A stretch of DNA of 12,678 bases from Caedimonas varicaedens (GCA_001192655.1 BBVC01000083.1:1-12678), one strand, 5' to 3'. Positions 1 to 8,228 are shown, numbered from the stretch's first letter. Notes: generated by a model not told the origin, from the sequence alone. Made by a program: numbers and translations.

Positions 1-122
1 TGTATCTGCCTCCTTATTCTCCAGACTTTAATCCCATCGAGCATAAATGGGCACAAGCAAAAGCAATTAGACGCAAAAAAAGGTGTTCTATCGAGCAATT
101 ATTTCAGGATAATAAAATATGA
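1..122 (+). CDS. IS630-family DDE transposase, C-terminal fragment (5' end outside window)
   Basis: Frame 3 (3..122) reads YLPPYSPDFNPIEHKWAQAKAIRRKKRCSIEQLFQDNKI*. The YxPPYSPxxNPIE block carrying the catalytic Glu is the hallmark of IS630/Tc1-mariner transposases. Confidence 0.9.
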   Translation, partial: YLPPYSPDFNPIEHKWAQAKAIRRKKRCSIEQLFQDNKI

Positions 123-147
123 CCGTTTTATATGTTGTTAGCTATAT
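1..147 (+). mobile_element. IS630/Tc1-mariner-family insertion sequence, right-hand end (element continues left of the window)
   Basis: A transposase C-terminus ends at 122. The following ~25 nt include TATGTTGTTAGCTATAT (131-147), which recurs as a perfect inverted copy at 12662-12678, as expected for an IS terminal repeat. The exact boundary is uncertain by about +/-4 nt (20/21 identity if extended to 151). Confidence 0.85.
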
Positions 148-675
148 AAGATTCATAAATTGATATCCCTCAAGAATCCTTTTAGCGATTACTTGTTTTT
201 TCGCAGGAAGTTCAGAGACACACTCCGGACTTGTTCCCAGGAAGTAGTTGTCAGGTAATTTATGATGACGTTTATAATATTCCTTTGTCTCAAGTAATTC
301 TTGTGATCTTTTCCCTATGTATTCGAGACGAGAAAGAAGGACCTTACATAAAATTGCATCAATAGACATCTCATTTCGATCAATGTCTACGATCCCTGCT
401 CCTATGAGTGCAGAGGTTCCAATATTATGAAGATAAGCCAATTCCTGATTCTCATTATAAGAAGGAGACTCTTCAAAGGCTTGATGAGCATCTTTGCAAA
501 AATCATAAAATTCATTCGCTAAATTCAAAACAGCTTGATATTTGGGATTATTTACTCTTGTAGGGAGGAAACTTATTGCCTCATACTCAAGGGAGTTCAA
601 TGAACTCGCATATAACAATTTCTCACTTAGAAAAAATGATATTAAGATACCTGTAAATAAAGTAATTTTTCTCAT
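142..675 (-). CDS. hypothetical secreted protein (ORFan) with N-terminal signal peptide
   Basis: The track ORF 142..696 starts at a TTG. The first ATG (673-675) gives MRKITLFTGILISFFLSEKLLYASS..., a typical n-h-c signal peptide. I recognise no family. The stop TAG (142-144) and the last codon lie inside the IS terminal repeat. Confidence 0.6.
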   Translation of the reverse strand: MRKITLFTGILISFFLSEKLLYASSLNSLEYEAISFLPTRVNNPKYQAVLNLANEFYDFCKDAHQAFEESPSYNENQELAYLHNIGTSALIGAGIVDIDRNEMSIDAILCKVLLSRLEYIGKRSQELLETKEYYKRHHKLPDNYFLGTSPECVSELPAKKQVIAKRILEGYQFMNLI

Positions 676-1020
676 AGAGAACCTAATATTTAACAATTTA
701 TTTATTGAATTCTGACAAGTAAAGTAACAGTATAATGACTATAAGTCAAATTATATTTTATAATATAATTTTTGATCGATAAAATTTATTAAAAGAGATT
801 CTTACCTAGAGAATGTTTATATTTTTATAAAGATACAATATATGGATAGAAAGCCTCAAGTTTCAACTTTCTAAAATCTCTTTAATCTGGCTTTAGTTAA
901 ATGTCACATTAAAATGTTGTTCTTTTCCTGAATAAATTATGGAATTAATACTCTTAAAAATTTAACTTTCTTATTTTTCTCTTGACTCTTCACACAGTAG
1001 CATTTTTCACAATGTATAAT

Positions 1021-2067
1021 TTATTGAATGACAGTATCTTTTTTATTTCGTTCCTCAATCTCTTTTTGAAAAGATTCTAACGTCTCAACGAATGAGTCAT
1101 AAAACTGAGCCAGGGGCTTTACTTCATTTTCCATGACTTTCTTAGCTTGTCTTAAAGACTTGATACTGAAAATCTTATTCATGTTACTTACATTTTCTAT
1201 AGAAAAGGAATTATTCACTTTTAATAAATGACGAAACTGATCAAATTTATTACTATTTATAAATGCTTGTGCTTTTATATAGCCTTTAACGCACTTAATT
1301 CGATCTGATTTTTCTCCCAATAACTGAGTGGAATATCTATCCAAGAACGTAAAAACATAATCGCAGGTTTTTTTCATTTCTTTCAGGTTAATACCTTCCA
1401 TTCCTTCAGGCTTAATTTTTGAGAAGAGACGGATTTGTTCTGGTGATATATTGCAGGAGATCGTTTTGCGCTCGTATACTTCATCAGTTTCTGAAATGTA
1501 ATAGGGATAATCGTTAATACAAAAATTGTGAGGTTGAAGCATTGCTAAATAAAAAATCTTTTGAAGCCACTCACTCATATCTGTCATCATAATACGACGT
1601 TTATCATATTTTTGTGTTTTAACATCAAACCGTTCAATAATAGTTTTTTGTAAAAGAATTTCACCTTCTTGCTTCTTAAGTGTTTTATAACGATCCAAAT
1701 CTTTATCTGTAAGCTTTTCGTTTCTTTCCTCAAGCGCCCATTTCTGTGATCTTAACGTATTCAACTCTTTTTTATCGAAGTCCATGCTAACAGATTTAAG
1801 CTTATCTTGGGCTTGAGGCAAATTTTCATACACTACTCTTTTATATTTTCCAGTATAGTATGCTCCAAGTTCTCTGAAAACATGCCCTGCTTCTTCAAAA
1901 AAGTCTCCGTCAAACCTCTTGCTAGAAGGATCATAAACAAACGATTTGAATTTAATAGCAGATGGGTTGTCTATTTCCTCTATTCTATCATCAGAAGCAT
2001 AAATATTTATCCCCACAACACCCATCATATAGATCACAATGGAAATTGAACGCATATATCTCACCAT
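1021..2067 (-). CDS. hypothetical secreted protein (ORFan), Lys/Glu-rich with predicted coiled-coil stretches
   Basis: 348-aa ORF. A strong Shine-Dalgarno GGAGGA (complement of 2074-2079) sits 6 nt upstream of the ATG at 2067. The N-terminus MVRYMRSISIVIYMMGVVGINIYASDD looks like a signal peptide. The mature part has four Cys. No family or catalytic motif recognised. Visibly AT-rich. Confidence 0.7.
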   Translation of the reverse strand: MVRYMRSISIVIYMMGVVGINIYASDDRIEEIDNPSAIKFKSFVYDPSSKRFDGDFFEEAGHVFRELGAYYTGKYKRVVYENLPQAQDKLKSVSMDFDKKELNTLRSQKWALEERNEKLTDKDLDRYKTLKKQEGEILLQKTIIERFDVKTQKYDKRRIMMTDMSEWLQKIFYLAMLQPHNFCINDYPYYISETDEVYERKTISCNISPEQIRLFSKIKPEGMEGINLKEMKKTCDYVFTFLDRYSTQLLGEKSDRIKCVKGYIKAQAFINSNKFDQFRHLLKVNNSFSIENVSNMNKIFSIKSLRQAKKVMENEVKPLAQFYDSFVETLESFQKEIEERNKKDTVIQ

Positions 2068-2280
2068 TTTTTATCCTCCCCTCATTTTGATCATATTCAT
2101 TTATAAAACTATTTTAGAAGTTTTTTCAATTCTTTACTAAAAAAATAAAAATTCTGAAACAGTACCCTGTTTTGAGGTGAAAACAGCTATCATTTGATTA
2201 TTATTGTATTTTTCTCCTTGTTGTCTTTAATTTCCTCCATAAACTTGGACAAAAAAGTATATTTTGAAGAAGAAGATGGA

Positions 2281-2309
2281 TTGACGGCGCATAAGGAGTC
2301 TAATAGACT
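2281..2309 (+). promoter_or_regulatory. sigma70-like promoter candidate for hupB
   Basis: TTGACG (2281-2286), a 17-nt spacer, then TAGACT (2304-2309), about 55 nt upstream of the hupB GTG start. An AAGGGA ribosome-binding site lies 7 nt before the start. Confidence 0.45.
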
Positions 2310-2363
2310 TCTGAGTGTTAGTATCTAACATTCATTGGATCAACGCTAGCAAGGGATATAACC

Positions 2364-2639
2364 GTGAATAAAAATGATCTTGTAGAAAAAGTTGCTTCTA
2401 TTTCCAAATTAACAAAAGCTGACGCTTCACGCGCAGTGGATGGGGTTTTCGAAGCTATTTCCTCTTCTTTGAAAAAGAAAGAAGAAGTTCGCTTGGTTGG
2501 ATTTGGTACTTTTAGTGTCGCTAATCGCGCTGCTACTGAAGGACGCAATCCCCGAACAGGTGAAAAAATTAAAATTCCAGCAACACGTCGGCCTAAATTC
2601 ACTCCTGGTAAGGGTCTGAAAGAGGCAGTTGGATCGTAA
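2364..2639 (+). CDS. hupB: DNA-binding protein HU (HU/IHF family)
   Basis: 91 aa, GTG start. MNKNDLVEKVA...GFGTFSVANRAATEGRNPRTGEKIKIPATRRPKFTPGKGLKEAV is a canonical HU sequence, including the beta-arm motif RNPRTGE..I.IPA...P.F. Confidence 0.95.
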   Translation: MNKNDLVEKVASISKLTKADASRAVDGVFEAISSSLKKKEEVRLVGFGTFSVANRAATEGRNPRTGEKIKIPATRRPKFTPGKGLKEAVGS

Positions 2640-2681
2640 GGATTAGTTTACTCTTTTCTTTACGACTAAGATCGTATATGA

Positions 2682-2714
2682 ATATGGCCTGAGTTATTCT
2701 CAGGCCATATTTTT
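2682..2714 (+). terminator. rho-independent terminator after hupB
   Basis: Perfect 12-bp stem ATATGGCCTGAG (2682-2693) / CTCAGGCCATAT (2699-2710), 5-nt loop TTATT, followed by TTTT (2711-2714). Confidence 0.75.
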
Positions 2715-2715
2715 A

Positions 2716-2790
2716 GGGCGATTAGCTCAGCGGGAGAGCGTCTCGTTTACACCGAGAGGGTCGGGGGTTCAAATCCCTCATCGCCTACCA
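2716..2790 (+). tRNA. tRNA-Val (anticodon UAC), CCA encoded
   Basis: Hand-folded cloverleaf. Acceptor GGGCGAT/ATCGCCT. D stem GCTC/GAGC. Anticodon stem TCTCG/CGAGA with loop TT-TAC-AC. 5-nt variable loop. T stem GGGGG/CCCTC with loop TTCAAAT. Discriminator A plus CCA. 75 nt in total. Confidence 0.95.
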
Positions 2791-2817
2791 TTTTTTGTTG
2801 ACACAGATAAAAAGCAT

Positions 2818-2834
2818 CTCAAAGGTGTTTTGAG
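2818..2834 (-). terminator. weak terminator candidate for the minus-strand pump operon
   Basis: On the minus strand: CTCAAA-acacc-TTTGAG (6-bp AT-rich stem) followed by ATGCTTTTTAT. It lies ~80 nt downstream of the methyltransferase stop. The stem is short and weak. Confidence 0.25.
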
Positions 2835-2912
2835 GCCCCTTAAAAAATACATCTGGATAATTTTCAAATGCCGGTAGAGAGACAACTGATACGTTTGTCC
2901 GTCTTTCATTCT

Positions 2913-3728
2913 TTATGTCCAGCCTGTCAGAAAAATAACGTCAACCGTTGCTTTTAGCTTTCCCTCTGCTGTGCCAAAAGTGCCTTGATAAATAGTCTCT
3001 GCACGTTTCAGAATAAGTCTTGATAAGGGCTTGCGTGTGCGTTCTATTAAACTGATACTTTCTCCAATGCTTTTAATCTCTTTTAATAGGGAAGAGAGAG
3101 AAGGATAAATAATGTTGATTTTTTCATGATCGATGACAGGCCATTTAAAGCCTGCATTGTTGAAAAGCATCATCGCATCCTCTGGCGTAATCATGGGATG
3201 CACCCTAGGAGAGGCTCCATTCGTCATCTCAATCTCGGCGCTTAAAAGAGATTCTCTCAATTCAAGAAGTGTTTCTCCCCCAAAAAAGGCAGACAGATAA
3301 AGTCCTTCCCGATCAAGGAGTGAGTGGGATCTTGTCAGGGTTCCCATGACGTCATTCAGCTGATGTAGTCCCAGAAATGAAATAACAAGGTTGAAAGATT
3401 TTTCCAGAAAAGGAAGATTTTCCTCGTCTCCTATAACGGGACAGGTGCCTTTCTTTTGTTGAAAAGGAGAAATGATGCCAGGATAGAGTTCCACAAAACA
3501 ACTTTTTCCATGTCCCTGAGATAAAAGGTTTTTGATAAAATGCTGACTGACCGGCGCCGTCAATAAAACTTTGGGAAATTTATATCGAGTATAGGCTAGA
3601 CGCTCTAATAAAATTGATTCAATTTCTTCATGAAGAAAATAGGATTTTTTATCTTGATGCAGGGAAATAGCGCGTGACTTAAGAAAAGATTGGCGTTTTC
3701 GATCGAAAATCAGACGCACCTGGTTCAT
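2913..3728 (-). CDS. class I SAM-methyltransferase-fold protein, NDUFAF5/BioC-like, with no recognisable Gly-rich SAM loop
   Basis: 271 aa. It matches the family layout: LPF..SFNLVISFLGLHQLND (motif II region), LL...G.Y..AFFGG.TL.ELR, and a C-terminal V.FLTGW. Its ATG overlaps the RND stop (TAATG at 3726-3730). Confidence 0.8.
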   Translation of the reverse strand: MNQVRLIFDRKRQSFLKSRAISLHQDKKSYFLHEEIESILLERLAYTRYKFPKVLLTAPVSQHFIKNLLSQGHGKSCFVELYPGIISPFQQKKGTCPVIGDEENLPFLEKSFNLVISFLGLHQLNDVMGTLTRSHSLLDREGLYLSAFFGGETLLELRESLLSAEIEMTNGASPRVHPMITPEDAMMLFNNAGFKWPVIDHEKINIIYPSLSSLLKEIKSIGESISLIERTRKPLSRLILKRAETIYQGTFGTAEGKLKATVDVIFLTGWT

Positions 3729-6700
3729 TATTTTTCCCAGAATTCCTCTTCCTGTTTTGATGTATTAAATCCTGTGAGATCGGCTGCTGCTCTTTTTCGG
3801 CTTAGATAGGTATAAATAGCAGGCACAATAAACAATGTAAAAATCGTTCCCAATGTCATCCCACCAACAATGACGATTCCGATGGGTCGGCGGCTTTCTG
3901 CTCCTGCACCTGATGTGAAAGCCAAAGGAAAAGCCCCTAATACCATAGCAAAAGTTGTCATCAGAATTGGACGAAGCCGCAGTCGAGAAGCTTCAACCAC
4001 AGCCTCTACACGATCCAGTCCATCAGCTTTCAGCTTATTCGCAAAGTCGACAATCAAAATTCCATGTTTAGTGATCAATCCAATGAGTGTTACGAGTCCA
4101 ATTTCGCTGTAAAGATTCATGGTTTGGCCGCTAAGTTTAAGAAGATAAATTCCACCCGCAAGAGAGAGCGGAACACTAAATAGAATAATTAAAGGATCGA
4201 CATAACTTTCATATTGAGCCGATAATACGAGGTAAATAAACGCTAATGCTAAACCAAAAATCAAAAGAATATTGGAGCTCTCTTCAAGATATCGACGACT
4301 TTCTCCTGTAAATTCAAGCCGTGCATCTGCTTTTGGCAAGACGTCAAATATTTTCTCTTGAATCGTTTCAAGCGCTTTTCCAAGACTGACCCCCTCTTTA
4401 AGCTTGGCGCTAAAGTTTACAGACTTTAACCCGCCATAGTGAGCAATGGCTGTCGGCGCTTGCTTTTTCTCTACAGTGATAAGCTCAGACAGTGGAACCA
4501 TGGATTCCGTCTTATTTTTGATGCCGCGCACATAAAGCCCCACCACATCTTCGGGATTGCGGCGATATTCTTCTTCAACCCATAATTTGGCGCTGTAAAG
4601 TTTACTATCGCGTTCAAATTTAGTGGGAGAGCGACCGCTGATAAGAGTATCAAGAGTATCCGCAATGACAGAAACATCGACACCCAGAGAAGCAGCCTTG
4701 TCTCGATCGACATGCACAACAAGTTCTTGCCCTTCAGAGCCATAGTTGGAATAAAGTCCTTGCAACATCCCCATATCGTGTAAGGCTTTCTCCAGCTTTT
4801 CAGCCATTTGAACCAATTCAGGATATGACTTGGTTGTTTGTAGAATAATATCAAAAGGTTTATCCGTCAGACCGCCGACTAATGATTTTCCCCCCACGCT
4901 GGGATTTGCGTTCATTCCTGTAATTTCATATAAAGGTTCTCGTAAAGCTTCTACAATTTCCTGACTGCGCCGTTTTCGGTCTTCCCAAGGTTTTAAAACG
5001 CAGAAACTGAAAGATTCGCCAGGGACACTGGATGTCGATAGTTTTTTGACAATTTCAGGAGCATCCCGTTTCAGGATTTCATCAATTTTCTTTACGTATT
5101 TATCAACGTACTCAAGATTAGCTCCATAAGGCGGAATCCCTTGCACAAGAACGATACCCTGATCTTCTTTGGGCACAAGCTCTGTCGGAATATTCTGATA
5201 AGTCAGATAAGCGCCAAAAGCAACCGCCAGACCCAGGAAAAGAACTAAATTCCGTATAGAAAAAGAATAGCGCGAGAAAGAAAATTTCTGGGTAAGACAT
5301 TTGTGTAAAAACGCACCATATTTTTCTTCAACACTCTTTAAAAATTGTTCGCAGGCAAGCTCAAAAAGATCAAACTTTTTACGCCAACCTTCTTTTTCGC
5401 GATGAACTTCATCTGCCTTTTTATGGGCAATCAGAAGACGTCCACACATCATGGGTGAAAGAGTCAGGGCGACAAACCCCGAGATCAAAACAGACCCTGC
5501 CAAAGTCAGCGCGAATTCCGTAAATAATTTACCCGTTTGCCCAGAACTAAGCGCAATAGGAGCATAAACAGCGGCCAGTGTGATAGTCATGGCCAGAATA
5601 GCAAAACTAATCTCCCGTGCACCCTTGAAAGCCGCTTCCATGGGCTTCATGCCTTCTTCAATGTGACGATAAATATTTTCAAGCATGACAATGGCATCAT
5701 CCACCACTAGCCCAATGGCAAGAACCAGCGCCAATAAAGTAAGGGTATTAATGGTAAATCCAAAGAAATACATCAGGGCAAAGGTTCCAATCAGGGAAAC
5801 AGGAATCGTGACGACAGGAATAAGGACAGCACGGAAAGATCTTAAAAAAGCCAAAATAACTAACACAACCAGGATTGTCGCTTCCAGAAGTGTGCGATAG
5901 ACCTGGCTGATCGAGCGGTCAATGAAAAGTGTACGATCAACAGCAATTTCCAAGTTCATATCGTTGGGCAACGCGCTTTTGATATTGACGAGTGTTTTTT
6001 TTACCTGTTCGCCGATCTCGAGAGGATTTGCCGTAGATTGCTTGACTAAAGCAATGGAAACCGCAGGACGACCATTAAAGCGTACACGATTTCGAGTGTC
6101 AATAGAATCCAATTTTGCGCGGCCAACATCTGACAACCGTACAAGAGACCCCTCTCTCTCATAAACAATAAGATTATTAAAGTCTTTTTCCGTCACCAAA
6201 GGTGCACGTGTCGTAACGGTGATTTCCTGACTTGATGAAATAAGACGTCCCGCAGCTTTTTTAATATTTTGTTTCTTGAGAGCCTGAGCAACATCTTCAG
6301 CTGTAACATTATAAGCGACCAATTTCACGGGATCGAGATAAATCTGCATTTCATATTGACCACCCCCCACAACGTCAACACTTGATACTCCATTGAGAAC
6401 TTCAAGCTGACTTTCCAGATAGCGATGGGCATAATCAGCCAGTTCCTTGACATTATAGCGGTCAGAGTACAAAGCAAGCTGCATAAAGGCAGCAGCATCT
6501 GCATCTGCTTTCTTGATGCGAGGTTCAGAAATATCATTGGGCAATCGATCCCGAATACGACTGATAAGGTTTCGTACGTCGTTTGCAGCATCTTCAATAT
6601 TGCGCTTGAGATTGAATGTCAGATTAATACGGCTCTCACCCACTTCACTGGAAGAATTCATTTCATACAGGCCTTCAATCCCATTCAGGACATCTTCCAT

Positions 6701-6898
6701 TGGCTTAGTAATTTGAGCTTCAATAATTTCTGGGCTGGCGCCTTCAAGTTGTGTGACGATAGAAATGCGCGGCTCATCCACATTGGGATACTGTCTGACC
6801 TGAAGTCGACCCCAGGTAACAATTCCGAGCAGGATAATAACCAATGACATAACGGTCGATAGAACGGGACGTTTTATGCAAATATTCGTTAATTTCAT
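3728..6898 (-). CDS. RND efflux transporter permease (AcrB/HAE1-type, 12-TM, two large periplasmic loops)
   Basis: 1056 aa. N-terminus MKLTNICIKRPVLSTVMSLVIILLG. Proton-relay motifs are present: GLVVDDAIVMLENI (TM4 Asp-Asp) and ITKHGILIVDFA (TM10 Lys). Length and hydrophobic pattern are typical of AcrB-family pumps. Confidence 0.97.
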   Translation of the reverse strand: MKLTNICIKRPVLSTVMSLVIILLGIVTWGRLQVRQYPNVDEPRISIVTQLEGASPEIIEAQITKPMEDVLNGIEGLYEMNSSSEVGESRINLTFNLKRNIEDAANDVRNLISRIRDRLPNDISEPRIKKADADAAAFMQLALYSDRYNVKELADYAHRYLESQLEVLNGVSSVDVVGGGQYEMQIYLDPVKLVAYNVTAEDVAQALKKQNIKKAAGRLISSSQEITVTTRAPLVTEKDFNNLIVYEREGSLVRLSDVGRAKLDSIDTRNRVRFNGRPAVSIALVKQSTANPLEIGEQVKKTLVNIKSALPNDMNLEIAVDRTLFIDRSISQVYRTLLEATILVVLVILAFLRSFRAVLIPVVTIPVSLIGTFALMYFFGFTINTLTLLALVLAIGLVVDDAIVMLENIYRHIEEGMKPMEAAFKGAREISFAILAMTITLAAVYAPIALSSGQTGKLFTEFALTLAGSVLISGFVALTLSPMMCGRLLIAHKKADEVHREKEGWRKKFDLFELACEQFLKSVEEKYGAFLHKCLTQKFSFSRYSFSIRNLVLFLGLAVAFGAYLTYQNIPTELVPKEDQGIVLVQGIPPYGANLEYVDKYVKKIDEILKRDAPEIVKKLSTSSVPGESFSFCVLKPWEDRKRRSQEIVEALREPLYEITGMNANPSVGGKSLVGGLTDKPFDIILQTTKSYPELVQMAEKLEKALHDMGMLQGLYSNYGSEGQELVVHVDRDKAASLGVDVSVIADTLDTLISGRSPTKFERDSKLYSAKLWVEEEYRRNPEDVVGLYVRGIKNKTESMVPLSELITVEKKQAPTAIAHYGGLKSVNFSAKLKEGVSLGKALETIQEKIFDVLPKADARLEFTGESRRYLEESSNILLIFGLALAFIYLVLSAQYESYVDPLIILFSVPLSLAGGIYLLKLSGQTMNLYSEIGLVTLIGLITKHGILIVDFANKLKADGLDRVEAVVEASRLRLRPILMTTFAMVLGAFPLAFTSGAGAESRRPIGIVIVGGMTLGTIFTLFIVPAIYTYLSRKRAAADLTGFNTSKQEEEFWEK

Positions 6899-6930
6899 TC
6901 TATGAAGCCCATTTCATTGCGCAAAAAGAA

Positions 6931-8106
6931 TCACTTTTTATCTGCGTTTTTTGGAGAAGATTTATCTTTTTTAGCTTCTTCCTTAAATTTATCGAGATAT
7001 TCTTTTTCTCCTTCAAAAGTAACAGGAGCGCCATCTCTGATTTTCAGTTGCCCGACTGTTACAACTAAATCTCCTGGCTCAACTCCGCGCAACACTTCTA
7101 TTTTATCTGCTTCCTGTAATCCCGTTACAATTGGATGACGTATAGCTACAAAAGTATTCTCTTTTGGATAGTACGTCAATTTGTAAACGGATTCTTCATC
7201 GCCATTAACCTGAACCGCAGAAGAAGGCAATACAACTGCATTATCTTTTGAACCCACTTGAAGATCAATACGCGCAAAAAGCCCCGGTTTAAGCAAATTG
7301 CTTTTGTTGTCTATATTGGCGCGCACCGCGATGGTATGGGAATTGGGGTCTACTTTTGCATCAATGGCTTCGACATAGGCTTCAAATTTTTTATCCAAAA
7401 AGCCATCGATGACAACGTGGACACTCTGACCTTTTGAAATATTCTGTAAATATTGTGCAGGAATACGAAAATCAATCTTGATAGGATCGACATCGACAAT
7501 AGTGAAAAGTTCAGTATTCTCATTAACCGAAACGCCAATACTGATATCGTTCAGACTGATCACGCCTTCAAAGGGAGCTGTAATCACACAATCTTCAATT
7601 TCTTTCTTAGCCATGTCTACCAGAGCTTCGGCTTCTTTCTGGTCCGCAATAGCTCTTTCGTGAAGCTTCTTTTTGCCAAGATTTTGTGCAGCTAACTTAT
7701 CATAACGATTAAATTCAAGCTCGGCAAATGCGAGCTTCGCCTCAGCTTCCTTAAGTTTGTTGCGATATTTGCGGTCATCAATGCTGAGAATGGCTTCACC
7801 TGATCTGATTTCCTGACCACCTTCTGCATGGATTTTGGAAACTTGTCCGCTGACCAGAGGCTTTACCGTGACAGACTGGTTTGCACGCAAAGTTCCCACA
7901 GCCGTAATCGTGCGTGAAATAGATGCAGTGCGAACAGCCTCAGCCTCAATCGTAATAGATTTCAACAAGCGAGTTGGAAGCTTGGAAGGGAAAAATACTT
8001 CCTTGATAACGAGTGCTCCCAGGAGAAAAATAATAGCAACGGCTCCAAAAAGAGCTATTTTACGATGGGTCTTCAGAAGCGTACTGAAAAAACTTAATAA
8101 CCCCAT
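6931..8106 (-). CDS. RND efflux periplasmic adaptor (membrane fusion protein, AcrA/HlyD family)
   Basis: 391 aa, ending 32 nt upstream of the RND permease. It has an N-terminal TM anchor (no lipobox Cys), a lipoyl-like segment, a coiled-coil hairpin (KLKEAEAKLAFAELEFNRYDKL), and beta-barrel plus MP-domain sequence typical of MFPs. Confidence 0.93.
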   Translation of the reverse strand: MGLLSFFSTLLKTHRKIALFGAVAIIFLLGALVIKEVFFPSKLPTRLLKSITIEAEAVRTASISRTITAVGTLRANQSVTVKPLVSGQVSKIHAEGGQEIRSGEAILSIDDRKYRNKLKEAEAKLAFAELEFNRYDKLAAQNLGKKKLHERAIADQKEAEALVDMAKKEIEDCVITAPFEGVISLNDISIGVSVNENTELFTIVDVDPIKIDFRIPAQYLQNISKGQSVHVVIDGFLDKKFEAYVEAIDAKVDPNSHTIAVRANIDNKSNLLKPGLFARIDLQVGSKDNAVVLPSSAVQVNGDEESVYKLTYYPKENTFVAIRHPIVTGLQEADKIEVLRGVEPGDLVVTVGQLKIRDGAPVTFEGEKEYLDKFKEEAKKDKSSPKNADKK

Positions 8107-8228
8107 TTAAATTTCTCACTTTCTCTTTCCGGATAATTAAAGTACTATACAATTAGATTTTAACTTATTACTTATTAATTTTTCGCAAAGTTAGCAATAA
8201 TTTAGTTTTTATAAAAAGTAAAGATAAA

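Noticed and set aside
982-1020. TTGACT (982-987) and TATAAT (1015-1020) on the plus strand, which would drive antisense transcription into the 348-aa gene
   Set aside because: The hexamers are 27 nt apart, far outside the 16-19 nt sigma70 spacer range. TATAAT-like strings are also expected by chance in DNA this AT-rich.
2318-2602. 94-aa minus-strand ORF overlapping hupB
   Set aside because: It is fully antisense to an unmistakable HU coding sequence, and the product is low-complexity with no motifs. It is a shadow ORF.
2798-2803. Perfect -35 TTGACA just downstream of tRNA-Val
   Set aside because: There is no acceptable -10 element at 16-19 nt (AAAGGT/CAAAGG) and no downstream plus-strand gene.
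2716-2912. tRNA-Val as an integration site for a genomic island
   Set aside because: I saw no direct repeat of the tRNA 3' end elsewhere in the window and no integrase. The AT-rich ORFans also lie upstream of hupB rather than downstream of the tRNA.
3870-6847. Eight 60-140-aa ORFs on either strand inside the RND permease gene (3870..4112, 4471..4854, 5118..5300, 5685..5900, 5922..6164, 6325..6597, 6425..6847, 6513..6716)
   Set aside because: All are nested in or antisense to a 1056-aa ORF with clear AcrB-family motifs. Their translations are Ser/Arg/Thr-rich or otherwise look non-protein-like.
6902-8110. Short ORFs overlapping the membrane fusion protein gene (6902..7138, 7350..7538, 7453..7695, 7478..7663, 7835..8110)
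   Set aside because: They are shadow ORFs of a well-supported MFP gene, and none has a recognisable start context or motif.
8163-8176. Tandem ACTTATT x2 in the divergent intergenic region, plus a general search for CRISPR or tandem arrays
   Set aside because: Two copies of a 7-mer in AT-rich spacer DNA are not meaningful. I saw no repeat-spacer architecture anywhere in the window.
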